From positions 4,921 to 68,920 of the forward strand of contig CAWCDM010000097.1 in assembly GCA_963794185.1 (NCBI GenBank): a stretch of 64,000 nucleotides of DNA. Direction: 5' to 3'. Source of the DNA: an uncultured Alphaproteobacteria bacterium (lineage in GTDB: Bacteria > Pseudomonadota > Alphaproteobacteria > Acetobacterales > Acetobacteraceae). Of this stretch, positions 49,185-58,590 are shown in pieces. The notes beneath the pieces were generated by a model. It was given only the letters and a program-made list of their open reading frames with translations, made no database searches and had not been told where the DNA came from. How positions within the stretch are numbered: position 1 is the first letter of the stretch; each line of letters starts with the position of its first letter. The translations under genes were made by a program, and so were the position numbers.

Positions 49185-49475
49185 ATGGAAAGCGGAAACG
49201 GACCCGCGACATGATCGATCGCATCCGCCTATTACGAGCCACGCGTTTCGAGCGAGACGATGGGGCTTTCGACCGTATCGGCCCGGTGACGACCGCCTTG
49301 TGGGCCGCGGATCGCGTCCGACACCTGCCTCTTGTTGCGCCCAGTATGCGATCGTCGAATACTGGCGGTGCGACGCCCTCGGGCCGCAAAGCGAGTTCAC
49401 CCCGCTTGTCGATGACGGCGCGGCGCTCCGATGGCCCGATGGAGGCCCAAGACCCAGGCCCATGGAGGAAGATCG

Positions 49476-50234
49476 ATGTCATTCTACCGAGGCATGACCT
49501 GCGAGAACGTGACCATCAAAGGCGACAAAGGAACGCCGATAACGGCTTACGTGGCCAGGCCATCTGGTCCTGGCCCCTTTCCGGGCGTCGTGCTTGTCCA
49601 CCATCTCCCGGGCTGGAGCGAGCTCTACATCGAGACGACGCGTCGGTTCGCGCATCACGGCTATCTCGCGATCTGCGCCAACCTCTACGAGCGCGAGGGT
49701 GGAGGCAGCGACGGCAACCCTGACGACGTCGCCGCCAAGGTGCGCGCCGAGGGCGGCATTGCCGACTCCCAGATGGTCGGCGATACCGAAGCCGCCGTGA
49801 AGTGGATGCGCGCGCAGCCCGATCACAACGGCAAGGTTGGTCTTATCGGCTCCTGCTCGGGCGGCCGGCACGCCTTCATCTATGCCTGCCAGCGGAAGGA
49901 CATCGATGCCTGCGTCGAGCAATGGGGCGGCCGCGTGGTGATGGGCAAGGAGGAGCTCAACGCCAAGACGCCCGTCGCGCCGATCGACATGACGAAGGAC
50001 CTCAGCTGCCCGCTGCTCGGCCTGTTCGGCAACGACGATCGCGCACCGAGCCCGGAGCAGGTGAACCAGCACGAGGCCGAGCTCAAGAAGCACGGCAAGA
50101 CGTACGAGTTCCACCGCTACGACGGCGCCGGCCACGGCTTCTTCTATTGGCACCGGCCGCTCTATCGGCCCGAGCAGGCGATGGATGGCTGGAGCAAGAT
50201 ATTCGCCTTCTTCGGCAAGTATCTGGCGAAGTAG
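49476..50234 (+). CDS. dienelactone hydrolase family protein
   Basis: ATG 49476 after GGAGGAAG. Contains VLVHHLPGW, GSCSGGRHA and GAGHGF motifs. Confidence 0.88.
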   Translation: MSFYRGMTCENVTIKGDKGTPITAYVARPSGPGPFPGVVLVHHLPGWSELYIETTRRFAHHGYLAICANLYEREGGGSDGNPDDVAAKVRAEGGIADSQMVGDTEAAVKWMRAQPDHNGKVGLIGSCSGGRHAFIYACQRKDIDACVEQWGGRVVMGKEELNAKTPVAPIDMTKDLSCPLLGLFGNDDRAPSPEQVNQHEAELKKHGKTYEFHRYDGAGHGFFYWHRPLYRPEQAMDGWSKIFAFFGKYLAK

Positions 50235-50245
50235 GAGGTCCGGAC

Positions 50246-50551
50246 ATGTGCACGTCCATCATCGAGATCGCACGCGCGGAGGGCATGGCGAAGCGCGGGG
50301 ACGAATGGTTCCCGCTATCGCAGGCGGTGGTTGCCTATGACCACGCGCGCCATGCGCCGCTGGGCGACGTCATCACGCTCGACTTCATCAACACGGACCT
50401 CGACCCCGGTGCGCGGGCGGGGATCGAGCTGACGCTGGAGACGGCCAAGGAGCTGCGCGCCGCTCTCGACCGGGCGATTGCCGCCGCCGAGTTCGAGGAG
50501 GCGGAAGTGCGGGGCAAGGGCGTCGTGCTCAGCCTCGTTCGAGCTGCGTGA
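50246..50551 (+). CDS. small conserved hypothetical protein (resembles DUF6295-type proteins, from memory)
   Basis: ATG 50246 after AGGAGG. MCTSIIEIARAEGMAKRGDEWFPLSQAVVAYDHARHAP... The family assignment is recollection only. Confidence 0.5.
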   Translation: MCTSIIEIARAEGMAKRGDEWFPLSQAVVAYDHARHAPLGDVITLDFINTDLDPGARAGIELTLETAKELRAALDRAIAAAEFEEAEVRGKGVVLSLVRAA

Positions 50552-50652
50552 CGAGCTAGCTGCGGTCACGTCGAGCGGGCGTGTATCTGGCGCTTGGTTG
50601 GGCTGCGGAGCCAGCCTGGCCAACCGCCGATTCCTTATCTGCCCTGAAAGGG

Positions 50653-50815
50653 CCTCAGGGATGCGACGCCCGCTCGGATTGCGCTCGCTTGGCTCCTCAC
50701 CGAGAAGCCGTGGGTCGTTCCGATCTCGGAGACGCGAAAGCTGGAGTGTCTCGGCGAGAACCTTGGAGCAGTTGCAACAGAACTCACTCCCGACGACCTT
50801 CGTGAGATCGGTACA
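50653..50815 (+). pseudogene. aldo/keto reductase C-terminal remnant
   Basis: ATPARIALAWLLTEKPWVVPISETRKLECLGENLGAVATELTPDDLREIG matches the AKR C-terminal region. There is an upstream in-frame stop and no N-terminal domain. The 3' end is cut by the ISL3 end. Confidence 0.6.
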
Positions 50816-50837
50816 ATCACCTCAATGATCAGCCTCA

Positions 50838-51387
50838 TCAGACGAATTTGTGGGCGACGTCAGGCTCTGGCAGTTTGCCAAGCGTATGATACAGCGCGAT
50901 TTCCGTGACATGGAAGGTGCGAAAGCCGTAGGATTTTCGCATGGTCAGTTTGGCCTTGTTGTTGAGACCCTCGACCAGGCCGCTGGAGAACTGCTTCCTG
51001 GCGCGGAAGGAGTTCAGGATCAGCGCACGATGCGAGCGTAGCGTCCTTGCGATCTTCTTCATCGGCTCGATACGCGAGCGCATGACCTGGCAGCACCACT
51101 CATCGAGGAACTTGCCGGCCCAGCTCGGCGCCTGGTATTCCCAAAGCTGCTGGAAGTCCTCCTTCAGCAGATAGGCTCGCACGGTCCGCAGATTGTAGCG
51201 CAGCAGATCGCGCAGACGGAACCGCTGTTGCCTGGTCAGGTTTGTCTTGCGCTTCAGTACGCACCAGCGGGTTTTCTTCAGGACGGGCCCATAGCCGTCA
51301 CGGGCCAGCCTGCGCGCCTCGCCGGCACGCACCTGATCCAGCGCGGTGTTCATCTTGGCGACAATGTGATACCAAGTGACGATAAGT
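50838..51387 (-). pseudogene. ISL3-family transposase, C-terminal fragment
   Basis: ...YHIVAKMNTALDQVRAGEARRL...SSGLVEGLNNKAKLTMRKSYGFRTF is typical of an ISL3 C-terminus. The N-terminal two thirds are missing; the break coincides with TGTCAAATCG (the IS21 end) at 51388. Confidence 0.8.
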
Positions 51388-51577
51388 GTCAAATCGCTTC
51401 CAACTCCGACCCCCTTTTTGCGTCCAATCGTGACCCCCCTTCGAGTGCTGCTCCGGCTTATCGGCGTCATGGCATAGGAGGACTTGCACCTGTAGCGCAG
51501 CGCCGCCGGGCGTTGCGTGGAGCGAAGGGCGCAGGAGGCTCCTGTGGGTAACGTGGGTAAGCGTTGGAGGGTGATGA

Positions 51578-51889
51578 TCAGTCCCGGCCGAAGCCACGCG
51601 GCGGAACGATCGCCTGAATTTCGCTGAGGTCGAGATCGCAGATCGCGCGCAGCGCCTCAGCGGTCGCGCTGTGCTGAAGGTTGTCCGGCAAGCTGTCCAG
51701 CCAGGCTGCATACTCAGTCTGTGCCTTCACGAGACCGGCGACGTCGTCATCCCAGCGCTTCGCCCGGCTGCGATGATCGGCCGGACGGCGAGTACGGATG
51801 ATCGGCGCGCCTGCCGCGCGCGCGGCGCGATAGGGGGCCTGGTGTTCGGCGTCGGTCATGGCGGTTTCACCGATCGATTTGCGTGGCAT
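51578..51889 (-). CDS. hypothetical 104-aa protein downstream of istB
   Basis: ATG 51889 with a GGAG SD, 27 nt after the istB stop. MPRKSIGETAMTDAEHQAPYRAARAAG...LPDNLQHSATAEALRAICDLDLSEIQAIVPPRGFGRD. No family recognised. Confidence 0.45.
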   Translation of the reverse strand: MPRKSIGETAMTDAEHQAPYRAARAAGAPIIRTRRPADHRSRAKRWDDDVAGLVKAQTEYAAWLDSLPDNLQHSATAEALRAICDLDLSEIQAIVPPRGFGRD

Positions 51890-51918
51890 ATTTCCACTCC
51901 GAAGCGTTACGTCACGCT

Positions 51919-52647
51919 TCAATTGCGGTTCTTGAAGCGCCAACTGTCGTTGCCGATCTCGATGATGTCGCAATGATGTGTCAGGCGATCGAGCATGGCG
52001 GTGGTCATCCGGGCGTCGCCAAACACCTGCGGCCATTCGGCGAAGGCCAGATTGGTCGTGATCAGCAACGACGTGTTTTCGTACAGTTTGCTGATCAGGT
52101 GGAACAGCAACTGGCCGCCCGGCTGGCTGAATGGCAGGTAGTCCAGCTCATCGATGGCGATGAGATCATAACGCAACAGTTTCTCGGCGAGGCGACCGGT
52201 GCGGCCGGCGGCTTTCTCCTGCTCGAGCTGGTTGACGAGATCGACCAAGTTGAAGAAGCGACCCTTCGCACGGGTGCGAACGACCGCCGCGGCGACGCCG
52301 ATGCACAGATGAGTTTTGCCGGTGCCGGTTCCGCCGACGAAGATCACATTGCGCCGTGCGTCCAGGAAGGAGCCGGTGGCGAGTTCGCGGACCAGTCCTT
52401 CATCGACCGGCGTGTCGGCGAAGACGAACTTGGCGATATCCTTGAGCACCGGGAACCTGGCGCCGCTCATACGATAGCTGATCGAGCGTGCCTGGCGGTG
52501 GGTCCGTTCGGCGCGGATCAAGCTGGCGAGAAGGGGAAAAATCTCATCGCGCCGGCCGAGACCCTTGCCGGCGATCTCGTCGAAGCTGGCGCGCATGCCG
52601 TACAGCTTGAGTTCCGTCATCGCCTCGAGGATCTCATGGCGCTCCAT
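51919..52647 (-). CDS. istB: IS21 helper ATPase IstB
   Basis: Walker [18 protein letters not shown]. Its start shares one base with the istA stop (TGATG). Confidence 0.93.
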   Translation of the reverse strand: MERHEILEAMTELKLYGMRASFDEIAGKGLGRRDEIFPLLASLIRAERTHRQARSISYRMSGARFPVLKDIAKFVFADTPVDEGLVRELATGSFLDARRNVIFVGGTGTGKTHLCIGVAAAVVRTRAKGRFFNLVDLVNQLEQEKAAGRTGRLAEKLLRYDLIAIDELDYLPFSQPGGQLLFHLISKLYENTSLLITTNLAFAEWPQVFGDARMTTAMLDRLTHHCDIIEIGNDSWRFKNRN

Positions 52648-54146
52648 CAGGCGACTTTCCTTATGCTGTCGTAGCGGCCGCAATTGGCGACGGGCTCGAT
52701 CTTCAAACGCAGCGCAGCAGGGGTGGTGACGCTGGGCGGTGCCGCGGGCTGCCGCCGGCGTGCCAGTACGGCCAGAATCACGTCGCCGCTGGCGATGCCC
52801 GCAGCCAGGGCTTCGACGCAGGCCGCCTCGACCGCGGCCAGTCCGTGGTCGAGCACCGCGCCAAGCACTTTGACGAACTGGCGGTCGGCATCCGGATGCG
52901 GCTGCAGCTTCCCGCGGATCCGCGCCAGGGCGGGTGGCAAATCCCAGTCCTTGAACGGCGCGCCATTGCGTAACGCACCGGGCTTCCTCACCAGAACCGG
53001 CAGGTAATGCCAGGGATCGTAGACGACCTGGTCGCGCCGGAACTGGCGCGGATGGTCGGCCACCACCGCGTCATTGAGCAGCACCACGATGCGCTCGGCA
53101 TGTGAGCGCACCAGCACCATCCGGCCGGCCGCCCTGGCGTCGACGCTGTAGCGATCATGATCGGCCATGATCAGGCTCGTCGTCGTCGCACGCACCGCCT
53201 TCTCGACGAAGCCGTCAAACGGTCCACGCAGCTCCATCAGACTTGCCCGTTCGTCCTGCAACACCTCCCAGATCGTCCGGTCCTTGAACTCCGGGTGGCT
53301 GGTCCGCCGGGCGTAGGCGATACACTGATCTTCCAGCCAGGCGTTCAGCTCGATCAGGCTCTTCACCCGCGGTTTGGGGCGGAACAACAGATCGCGCAGA
53401 TTGCCCACCTGGTTCTCGACCTGTCCCTTCTCCCACCCCGAGGCTGGCGTGCAGGCCACCGGCTCGATCAGATGGTGCGAACACATCTGCAGAAAGCGGC
53501 GATTGTACTGGCGCGCCTTGCCAACGAAGATCGCCTCGACCGCCGTCTTCATGTTATCGTAGATGCCGCGCCGGCAAACCCCGCCGTAGAACACGAACGC
53601 CTTGTCGTGCGCGTCAAACACCAATTCCTGGGTTTCACGGAAGTAGGCGCGCACGAACGGCATCCGGCTGTGCGAGAGCTTCATGTGCGCCACCTTGATT
53701 GTCAGCGGCAGGCCCTGCAGCGTGATCGTCTCGTGGCTCCAGTCAAACTGATACGCCTCGCCGGGCGCGAAGCTCAGCGGCACGAACGCCTGCACCGGAA
53801 CTCGCGCCCGTTCGTTCCGCCACGCCCTGGCGAACCGGTGCACGCTGTCGTGGGCACCGTCATAGCCATGACCACGCAACTCTTCGAACAACCGTTGCGT
53901 CGACCGCCGTTCCCGCCGCGGCAGTTTGGCTTCTTTCTCCAGGATCGCGGTCAAAACCTCGACCCACTCGCCCAATTTTGGCGCCGGCTGAACGCCACGC
54001 TCATATCTGAACTCAGTCGCCGCCCCGCGGATCACCTTGCGCACCGTCGCACGCGACACCGACAGCGTCCGCACGATCTCCTTGATCGGCAAATGCCGCT
54101 CGAAAAACGCGCGTCGTATTTCCCCGATCTTGTCCACGCCGATCAT
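52647..54146 (-). CDS. istA: IS21 transposase IstA
   Basis: ATG 54146 ([38 protein letters not shown], an HTH). DDE region with YQFDWSH. The 192-aa upstream extension of the track ORF is spurious. Confidence 0.93.
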   Translation of the reverse strand: MIGVDKIGEIRRAFFERHLPIKEIVRTLSVSRATVRKVIRGAATEFRYERGVQPAPKLGEWVEVLTAILEKEAKLPRRERRSTQRLFEELRGHGYDGAHDSVHRFARAWRNERARVPVQAFVPLSFAPGEAYQFDWSHETITLQGLPLTIKVAHMKLSHSRMPFVRAYFRETQELVFDAHDKAFVFYGGVCRRGIYDNMKTAVEAIFVGKARQYNRRFLQMCSHHLIEPVACTPASGWEKGQVENQVGNLRDLLFRPKPRVKSLIELNAWLEDQCIAYARRTSHPEFKDRTIWEVLQDERASLMELRGPFDGFVEKAVRATTTSLIMADHDRYSVDARAAGRMVLVRSHAERIVVLLNDAVVADHPRQFRRDQVVYDPWHYLPVLVRKPGALRNGAPFKDWDLPPALARIRGKLQPHPDADRQFVKVLGAVLDHGLAAVEAACVEALAAGIASGDVILAVLARRRQPAAPPSVTTPAALRLKIEPVANCGRYDSIRKVA

Positions 54147-54238
54147 CCCCACCAGCCCCTCCCGGCCAACACTGTTGGGGTGGACGGCCCCGACGGCATC
54201 GATGTGCCAGAATGAGGTCGTGTGAATGATCTCAGACA

Positions 54239-55718
54239 AGGGAGACCGTCCGTGGACCAGGTTAGCCGAATTGGGATGGATACGTCGAAGCACATTTTCC
54301 AGCTGCACGGGGTGAGTGCTGACGAAGTGCCGGTTCTGCGTAAGAAACTCCGGCGCAAGGATATGGTGACGTTCTTCGCGAAGCTCGCACCGACGGTGAT
54401 CGCGATCGAAGCCTGTGGCGCGAGCCATCATTGGGCACGCCTGCTGCAATCGCTCGGGCATTCGGTGAAGTTGATCGCGCCTCAGCTGGTCAAGCCGTAT
54501 GTCAAGCGCGGCAAGAACGATGCGGCCGATGCGGAAGCGCTTTGCGAGGCAATGAGCCGGCCAACCATGCGCTTCGTTCCTGTGAAGACGGCTGAGCAGC
54601 AAGCGGGCTTGATGATGGTCGGGGTGCGCGACCGGCTGATCCGCAATCGCACGCAGCTGGCCAACGCCATCCGTGGCCATGCCGCCGAGTTCGGCCTGAC
54701 CGCCGCCAAGGGAATGGCTCACCTGGTTCCGCTGCTCGATCGCATTGAGGCCGATGAAAGTCTGCCAGCGCTGGCTCGAGAGCTCTTTGCCATCCAGGCC
54801 AAGGAATATACGCAGCTACAGACGCAAATCGACGAGATCGGCACCAAGCTTATGGCTTGGCATCGGGCCGATGAATGCAGCCAGCGTCTCGTCAAGATCC
54901 CTGGCGTCGGCCCCATCGGCGCGGCACTGCTGAGAATGAAGACCCCGGAACCCGAGCTGTTCCGATCGGGCCGTCAGTTCGCGGCCTGGATCGGCTTGAC
55001 GCCGAAAGATCATTCGACCGCAGGCAAGGTCCGCCTTGGCGTTATCACGCGAGCCGGCGACGAGGCATTGCGCAGCGTGATGGTGGTCGGGGCTACCGCC
55101 GTGATCCAGCATGTTCGACGTGGTGGAAGAGCGCCGCACTGGCTTGCCGAGCTTCTCAAGCGCAAGTCGCCAAAGTTGGCTGCTGTAGCGCTGGCCAACA
55201 AGACAGCACGCATCGCGTGGAAGATGATGGTAACTGGGGAGACTTACACCGCGAAATCTGTGGCCGGTAGCTCGGCAGGCGCAGCCAGCCACGCCTGACC
55301 TGCGGTCATTGGAACGGGGGCGGCTTCCATTGTATTTCGTGACGTAACGCTATGCAGATTCGCTACCCGGCCCGCGACCTTCAACCTCCGGCAAACAGCG
55401 GACTTACGAAATTGCGCCTGCCAACCTCAGCGGGCGCAGTTCAGAGATCAGCCAGACACGGGGAGCAAATCAACTGCAACCGTGCTGAGCCGATGCCAGA
55501 ACTTGCAAGATAATGAGCAGATGGTGCGATCAATCGATCCACGACGCGGGACACTCCGATGTAGCCAGTGGCTCTCTATGAGGCCGCTTTACTGTTTGGA
55601 ACTCTCGTCGCGGAAACCATCTTGGCCAGCGTTCAGGCGCGAGCGCACAAACAGGCCGGACATATGGACGCAAGCGATCTGATCAAAGCACTGCAAAAAC
55701 ACCTTGCAAGGAGGGGGC
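54239..55718 (+). mobile_element. IS110-family insertion sequence (short 5' end, about 420-nt 3' non-coding end); boundaries approximate
   Basis: Bounded by the IS21 terminal sequence on the left and the IS1634-type terminal repeat on the right. Contains one DEDD transposase gene. Confidence 0.5.
54276..55298 (+). CDS. IS110-family DEDD transposase
   Basis: GMDTSKHIFQLHG, AIEACGASHHW, KNDAADAEAL, and C-terminal IPGVGPIGAALL...AWIGLTPKDHSTAGK motifs. Confidence 0.9.
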   Translation: MDTSKHIFQLHGVSADEVPVLRKKLRRKDMVTFFAKLAPTVIAIEACGASHHWARLLQSLGHSVKLIAPQLVKPYVKRGKNDAADAEALCEAMSRPTMRFVPVKTAEQQAGLMMVGVRDRLIRNRTQLANAIRGHAAEFGLTAAKGMAHLVPLLDRIEADESLPALARELFAIQAKEYTQLQTQIDEIGTKLMAWHRADECSQRLVKIPGVGPIGAALLRMKTPEPELFRSGRQFAAWIGLTPKDHSTAGKVRLGVITRAGDEALRSVMVVGATAVIQHVRRGGRAPHWLAELLKRKSPKLAAVALANKTARIAWKMMVTGETYTAKSVAGSSAGAASHA

Positions 55719-57541
55719 CGTCCACATATGGCTACACTTTGACCCCCAGCAGGTCGAACGCCTTCTGCTGGACCGGCGTCGGCCGGGTCAGCACGGTGAG
55801 CGGATAGTGCGGCGTGATCGCGGTGGTGATGGTGTTGCGCGCCAGCGTCGCCAGATCGGCCAGCAGCGAGTGGAAGCTATGCACCGGCAGGCCATCCGCG
55901 GTCAGGCCGGTGGTCTGCTTTTTGACCGCGGCCTTTGAACGCTGCGCCTGCGCCACCACGCTGCTGCGCTGCGCTTCGGCCGCTTCCTTGTCGGTGTCAT
56001 CGAACAGCATCGGCGCCAGGCGCTGACGCATGTGCCATTCGAGGTAATAGGCCAGCATGCACAGAAACACATGCGCGCGGACCCGATCGTCCAGCCAGTG
56101 ATACACCGGCCGGACATGCAGATCGACGGTCTTGATGCAACGAAAGGCCCGCTCCACCAGGCTCAAGGATTTGTAGCTGCGCACTGTATCGGCGTCGCCG
56201 AGCGTCGCCTCGGGCAGGCTGGTGCGCACGACATAGATGCCGTCGGTTGCCGCCTCGGCGGCGATCTCGGCGGTCTTTCGGGCGAAGCTGAAGGCGGTGT
56301 CGGTGATGTCCAGATCGAAATGCTTTTTCATTTTGTAGGTGTTGAGCACCTCACCCACCGCGAGCGCGATCTCGGCGGTGCCGCGCAGCGGATCGCGCTT
56401 GCGCCCGACCGCAGTCTTGATGCGGGCAAGGTCGCTTCTCGGTCGCGGCCAGCAGCTCTTCGCGCTTGCGGGTGCGCTCGGCGGCGAGGTCGGGATTGCG
56501 GCAGACCACCAGCCGCTCGCCGGGGAAGTCGGGGGATGTGATGCTCGCCATGTCGCGCTGATCGAACAGCGTGAGTTGCAAGGCGCCGCTGTTCAGCAGT
56601 TCCTTGATCGCCGGGGCGCGCAACGCGGTGATCCAGTCCAGGCCTGCCGCTTTGATGTCTTCGGTGATGCGCGCCTCGGTGATCATGCCGCGGTCGCCGA
56701 CCAGCACCACATGGTCGAGGTGGAAGCGCTGCTTCAGCTTCTCGATCTGTGGCGCCAGGGTCGTCGGATCGCCGGTGTTGCCGTCGAACACCTCGATGGC
56801 GACCGGACAACCGTCGGGGGCGCAGAGCAGGCCGTAGACGATCTGCAGCGTGCCCTTCTTGCCATCACGGCTGTAGCCACGCTTGGCCAGCGGACAGCAG
56901 CGTCCCTCCATGTAGCTCGACGAGACGTCGTAGAGCACGAGGGTGCCGTTGGTGAGATGGCGCCTGGCCAGGATGGTCTCGATGGCGGGCTGGCGCTCCA
57001 GCAGCCAGTCGAGCGCGGCGTAGAGTTCGTCGTCATCGACCTCGCCGAGACCGAGCACTTCGCCGAGGCTGGAGGACGCCGTGGCGGGCGAGAGCGCGCG
57101 TGCTGCGGCCAGCTTCGAGACTGGATCGAGGATGCGGCCGACGAGCATGGCGAGGACGAGGTCGCGGCAGCGATTGCCGTCGGGGCCGAGGATGCGGTCG
57201 AGGCCGATCTTGCGCGCGGTGCCGAGCGGCGGCGGCGACGTGGCCGTGCGGCAGGGTGCGGGTGACGGTGAAGGCGTCGTGCTCGGCGGGGATGACGGTG
57301 CCGCCTTTCAGCACGCCGCGCAGGCCTTCGACATGGGCCGTGGGCCAGTGGGAGAGGTTGCAGAGCGTGCGTTTACAGATCTTGCCGTCCTGGCGGTAGG
57401 TCTCGCGCAGCAGGACGGCAGGGGGCGAGTTCCGGTTCGGGACGGCTTCGATATACATGGCCGAAGAGGAGTCGAACTGGTCATCCAGTACAAATCACAA
57501 ATCCGTGATTACATGGCTACATTTCAGGTGGCCATATTGCC
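55719..57541 (-). mobile_element. IS1634-family (IS4-like) insertion sequence; boundaries approximate
   Basis: Terminal repeats CCACATATGGCTAC (about 55719) and GTGGCCATATTGCC (57528-57541) are imperfect inverted copies. Confidence 0.55.
55732..57458 (-). pseudogene. IS1634-family transposase split into three frames
   Basis: N-terminus MYIEAVPNRNSPPAVLLRETYRQDGKICKRT. Middle part in ORF 56351..57148 and C-terminal part in ORF 55732..56358. Frame changes at about 57230 (within GCCGCCGCCG) and about 56435. Confidence 0.85.
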
Positions 57542-58170
57542 ATTTTCCAGGACTTCCGCCGGTTTGATAGTATCGGCAAGAGGGAAGCTGGGGTTAATCG
57601 GCGTGCGATCGATAAATTCAACGGGTCAGGAACAGCAAACTGGCACCTGGAATCGCAGGTCGAATAACACCGGCGAGGCCTGATGTGCGGGAGCGGCCGT
57701 GTAAGCGTCGGTCGTCACGACCAACGCCGATATTGCATCATTGGACTCTGGCCACGAGTTATTGGGGTGGCGAATGGGGCGGGTACCGAACTGCGGCGCT
57801 GGACCAAAGGAGACGAGATGCCTGACCGGACCGAAGCCAGCTCGCTGGATGTCCAGCCGCAACGGGTTGGGTCGGCATGACGGAGACCGCAGTCCTGCGC
57901 CGTGTCTCCGCAGGCAAAATCCCGCAGCCCAGCCGGGCCGCTGGCGCCGTCGCCATGGTCGGATCGCCTGGCACTTGACGCCGCCTTCGAAGCCGGGGCG
58001 GAACTCGACGGATGTCAGAACCGCGTTCCAGAAACTCGCTTATGAAGTGGCGGCCGATGCATCGAAAGGTCGGGCGCGTCGTTCAGCGCGGCCAAGGCGC
58101 AGGGGCGATCGTCGGTTTGTCAGAACGAAAATACAAACCTTGCGAAAAACTCAATGAAAACAGGTGAATA

Positions 58171-58425
58171 ATGCGTGCGATATTCGTGCAGATCAAGTGC
58201 GAGATGGGCCAGGCCTACAAGGTCGCCCGCGAGGCGGCCGACACCATCGATCAGATGTCGGAGCTCTACTCCACATCCGGACAGTATGACCTGTTGGGCA
58301 AGTTCTATCTGGAACCGGAGCAGGACATCGGCCTGTTCGTCACCGAGAAGGTCCAGACGCTGTCGGGCGTGAAGGACACCAACACCATGATCACCTTCAA
58401 CGCCTTCAGCGGCGGCCGGGCCTGA
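58171..58425 (+). CDS. Lrp/AsnC ligand-binding-domain-only small protein
   Basis: 84 aa, MRAIFVQIKCEMGQAYKVAREAADTIDQMSELYSTSGQYDLLGKF. It has the RAM/AsnC_trans_reg fold pattern and no HTH. Confidence 0.75.
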   Translation: MRAIFVQIKCEMGQAYKVAREAADTIDQMSELYSTSGQYDLLGKFYLEPEQDIGLFVTEKVQTLSGVKDTNTMITFNAFSGGRA

Positions 58426-58590
58426 CGCCTCCTCGGCGCGGCGCTCTGCCGGCCACTCTGATCCGCAGTTCCAGCTTCCTCCGGTCGGCCGGCGATCCCG
58501 CCGCAATTGTCACCGTCGCGACCATCTGCTTGAACGGTGCCAGCGCGGACCGGGCCTGCCATGAACGGCCGCCAACAGGGATCCGAAACA

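Larger units (their letters stand above)
51388..54238 (-). mobile_element. IS21-family insertion sequence (istA, istB plus a third small ORF); boundaries approximate
   Basis: Ends TGTCAAATCGCTTCCAACTCCGACCCCC (51388) and the reverse complement of 54238, TGTCTGAGATCATTCACACGACCTC, are imperfectly similar. AATCG...GACCCCC is repeated twice at the right end. Confidence 0.65.

Noticed and set aside
49185-49475. Non-coding gap after the BVMO with peptide-like strings (for example QYAIVEYWRCDALG), possibly a gene remnant.
   Set aside because: No continuous frame and no motif I can assign with confidence.
54147-54722. 192-aa N-terminal extension of the istA ORF reaching into the IS110 element.
   Set aside because: It crosses the IS21 terminal repeat and runs antisense to the IS110 transposase. 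The IstA HTH begins at ATG 54146.
55732-57458. Programmed ribosomal frameshifting as an explanation for the split IS1634 transposase.
   Set aside because: This family is not known to use frameshifting, there is no slippery heptamer at about 56435 or about 57230, and similar indels occur in many non-IS genes in the window.
57455-57545. tRNA-like look of the segment containing GAGGAGTCGAACTGG and the hairpin AATCACGGATTTGTGATT.
   Set aside because: No cloverleaf can be drawn: the T-arm does not pair and the loop lacks U33. It is the 5' leader and terminal repeat region of the IS1634 element.
57641-57657. Sigma-54-like TGGCAC-N5-ATCGCA sequence.
   Set aside because: The -12 element does not match TTGC, no gene lies downstream at a suitable distance, and no enhancer-binding-protein gene is nearby.
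57818-57978. Two overlapping mini-ORFs with a strong AAGGAG SD. The second (MTETAVLRRVSAGKIPQPSRAAGAVAM...) faintly resembles an AlpA/excisionase-type HTH, hinting at an old integrative-element border.
   Set aside because: The similarity rests on about 10 residues and would need further frameshifts. It is too short and weak to support a feature.
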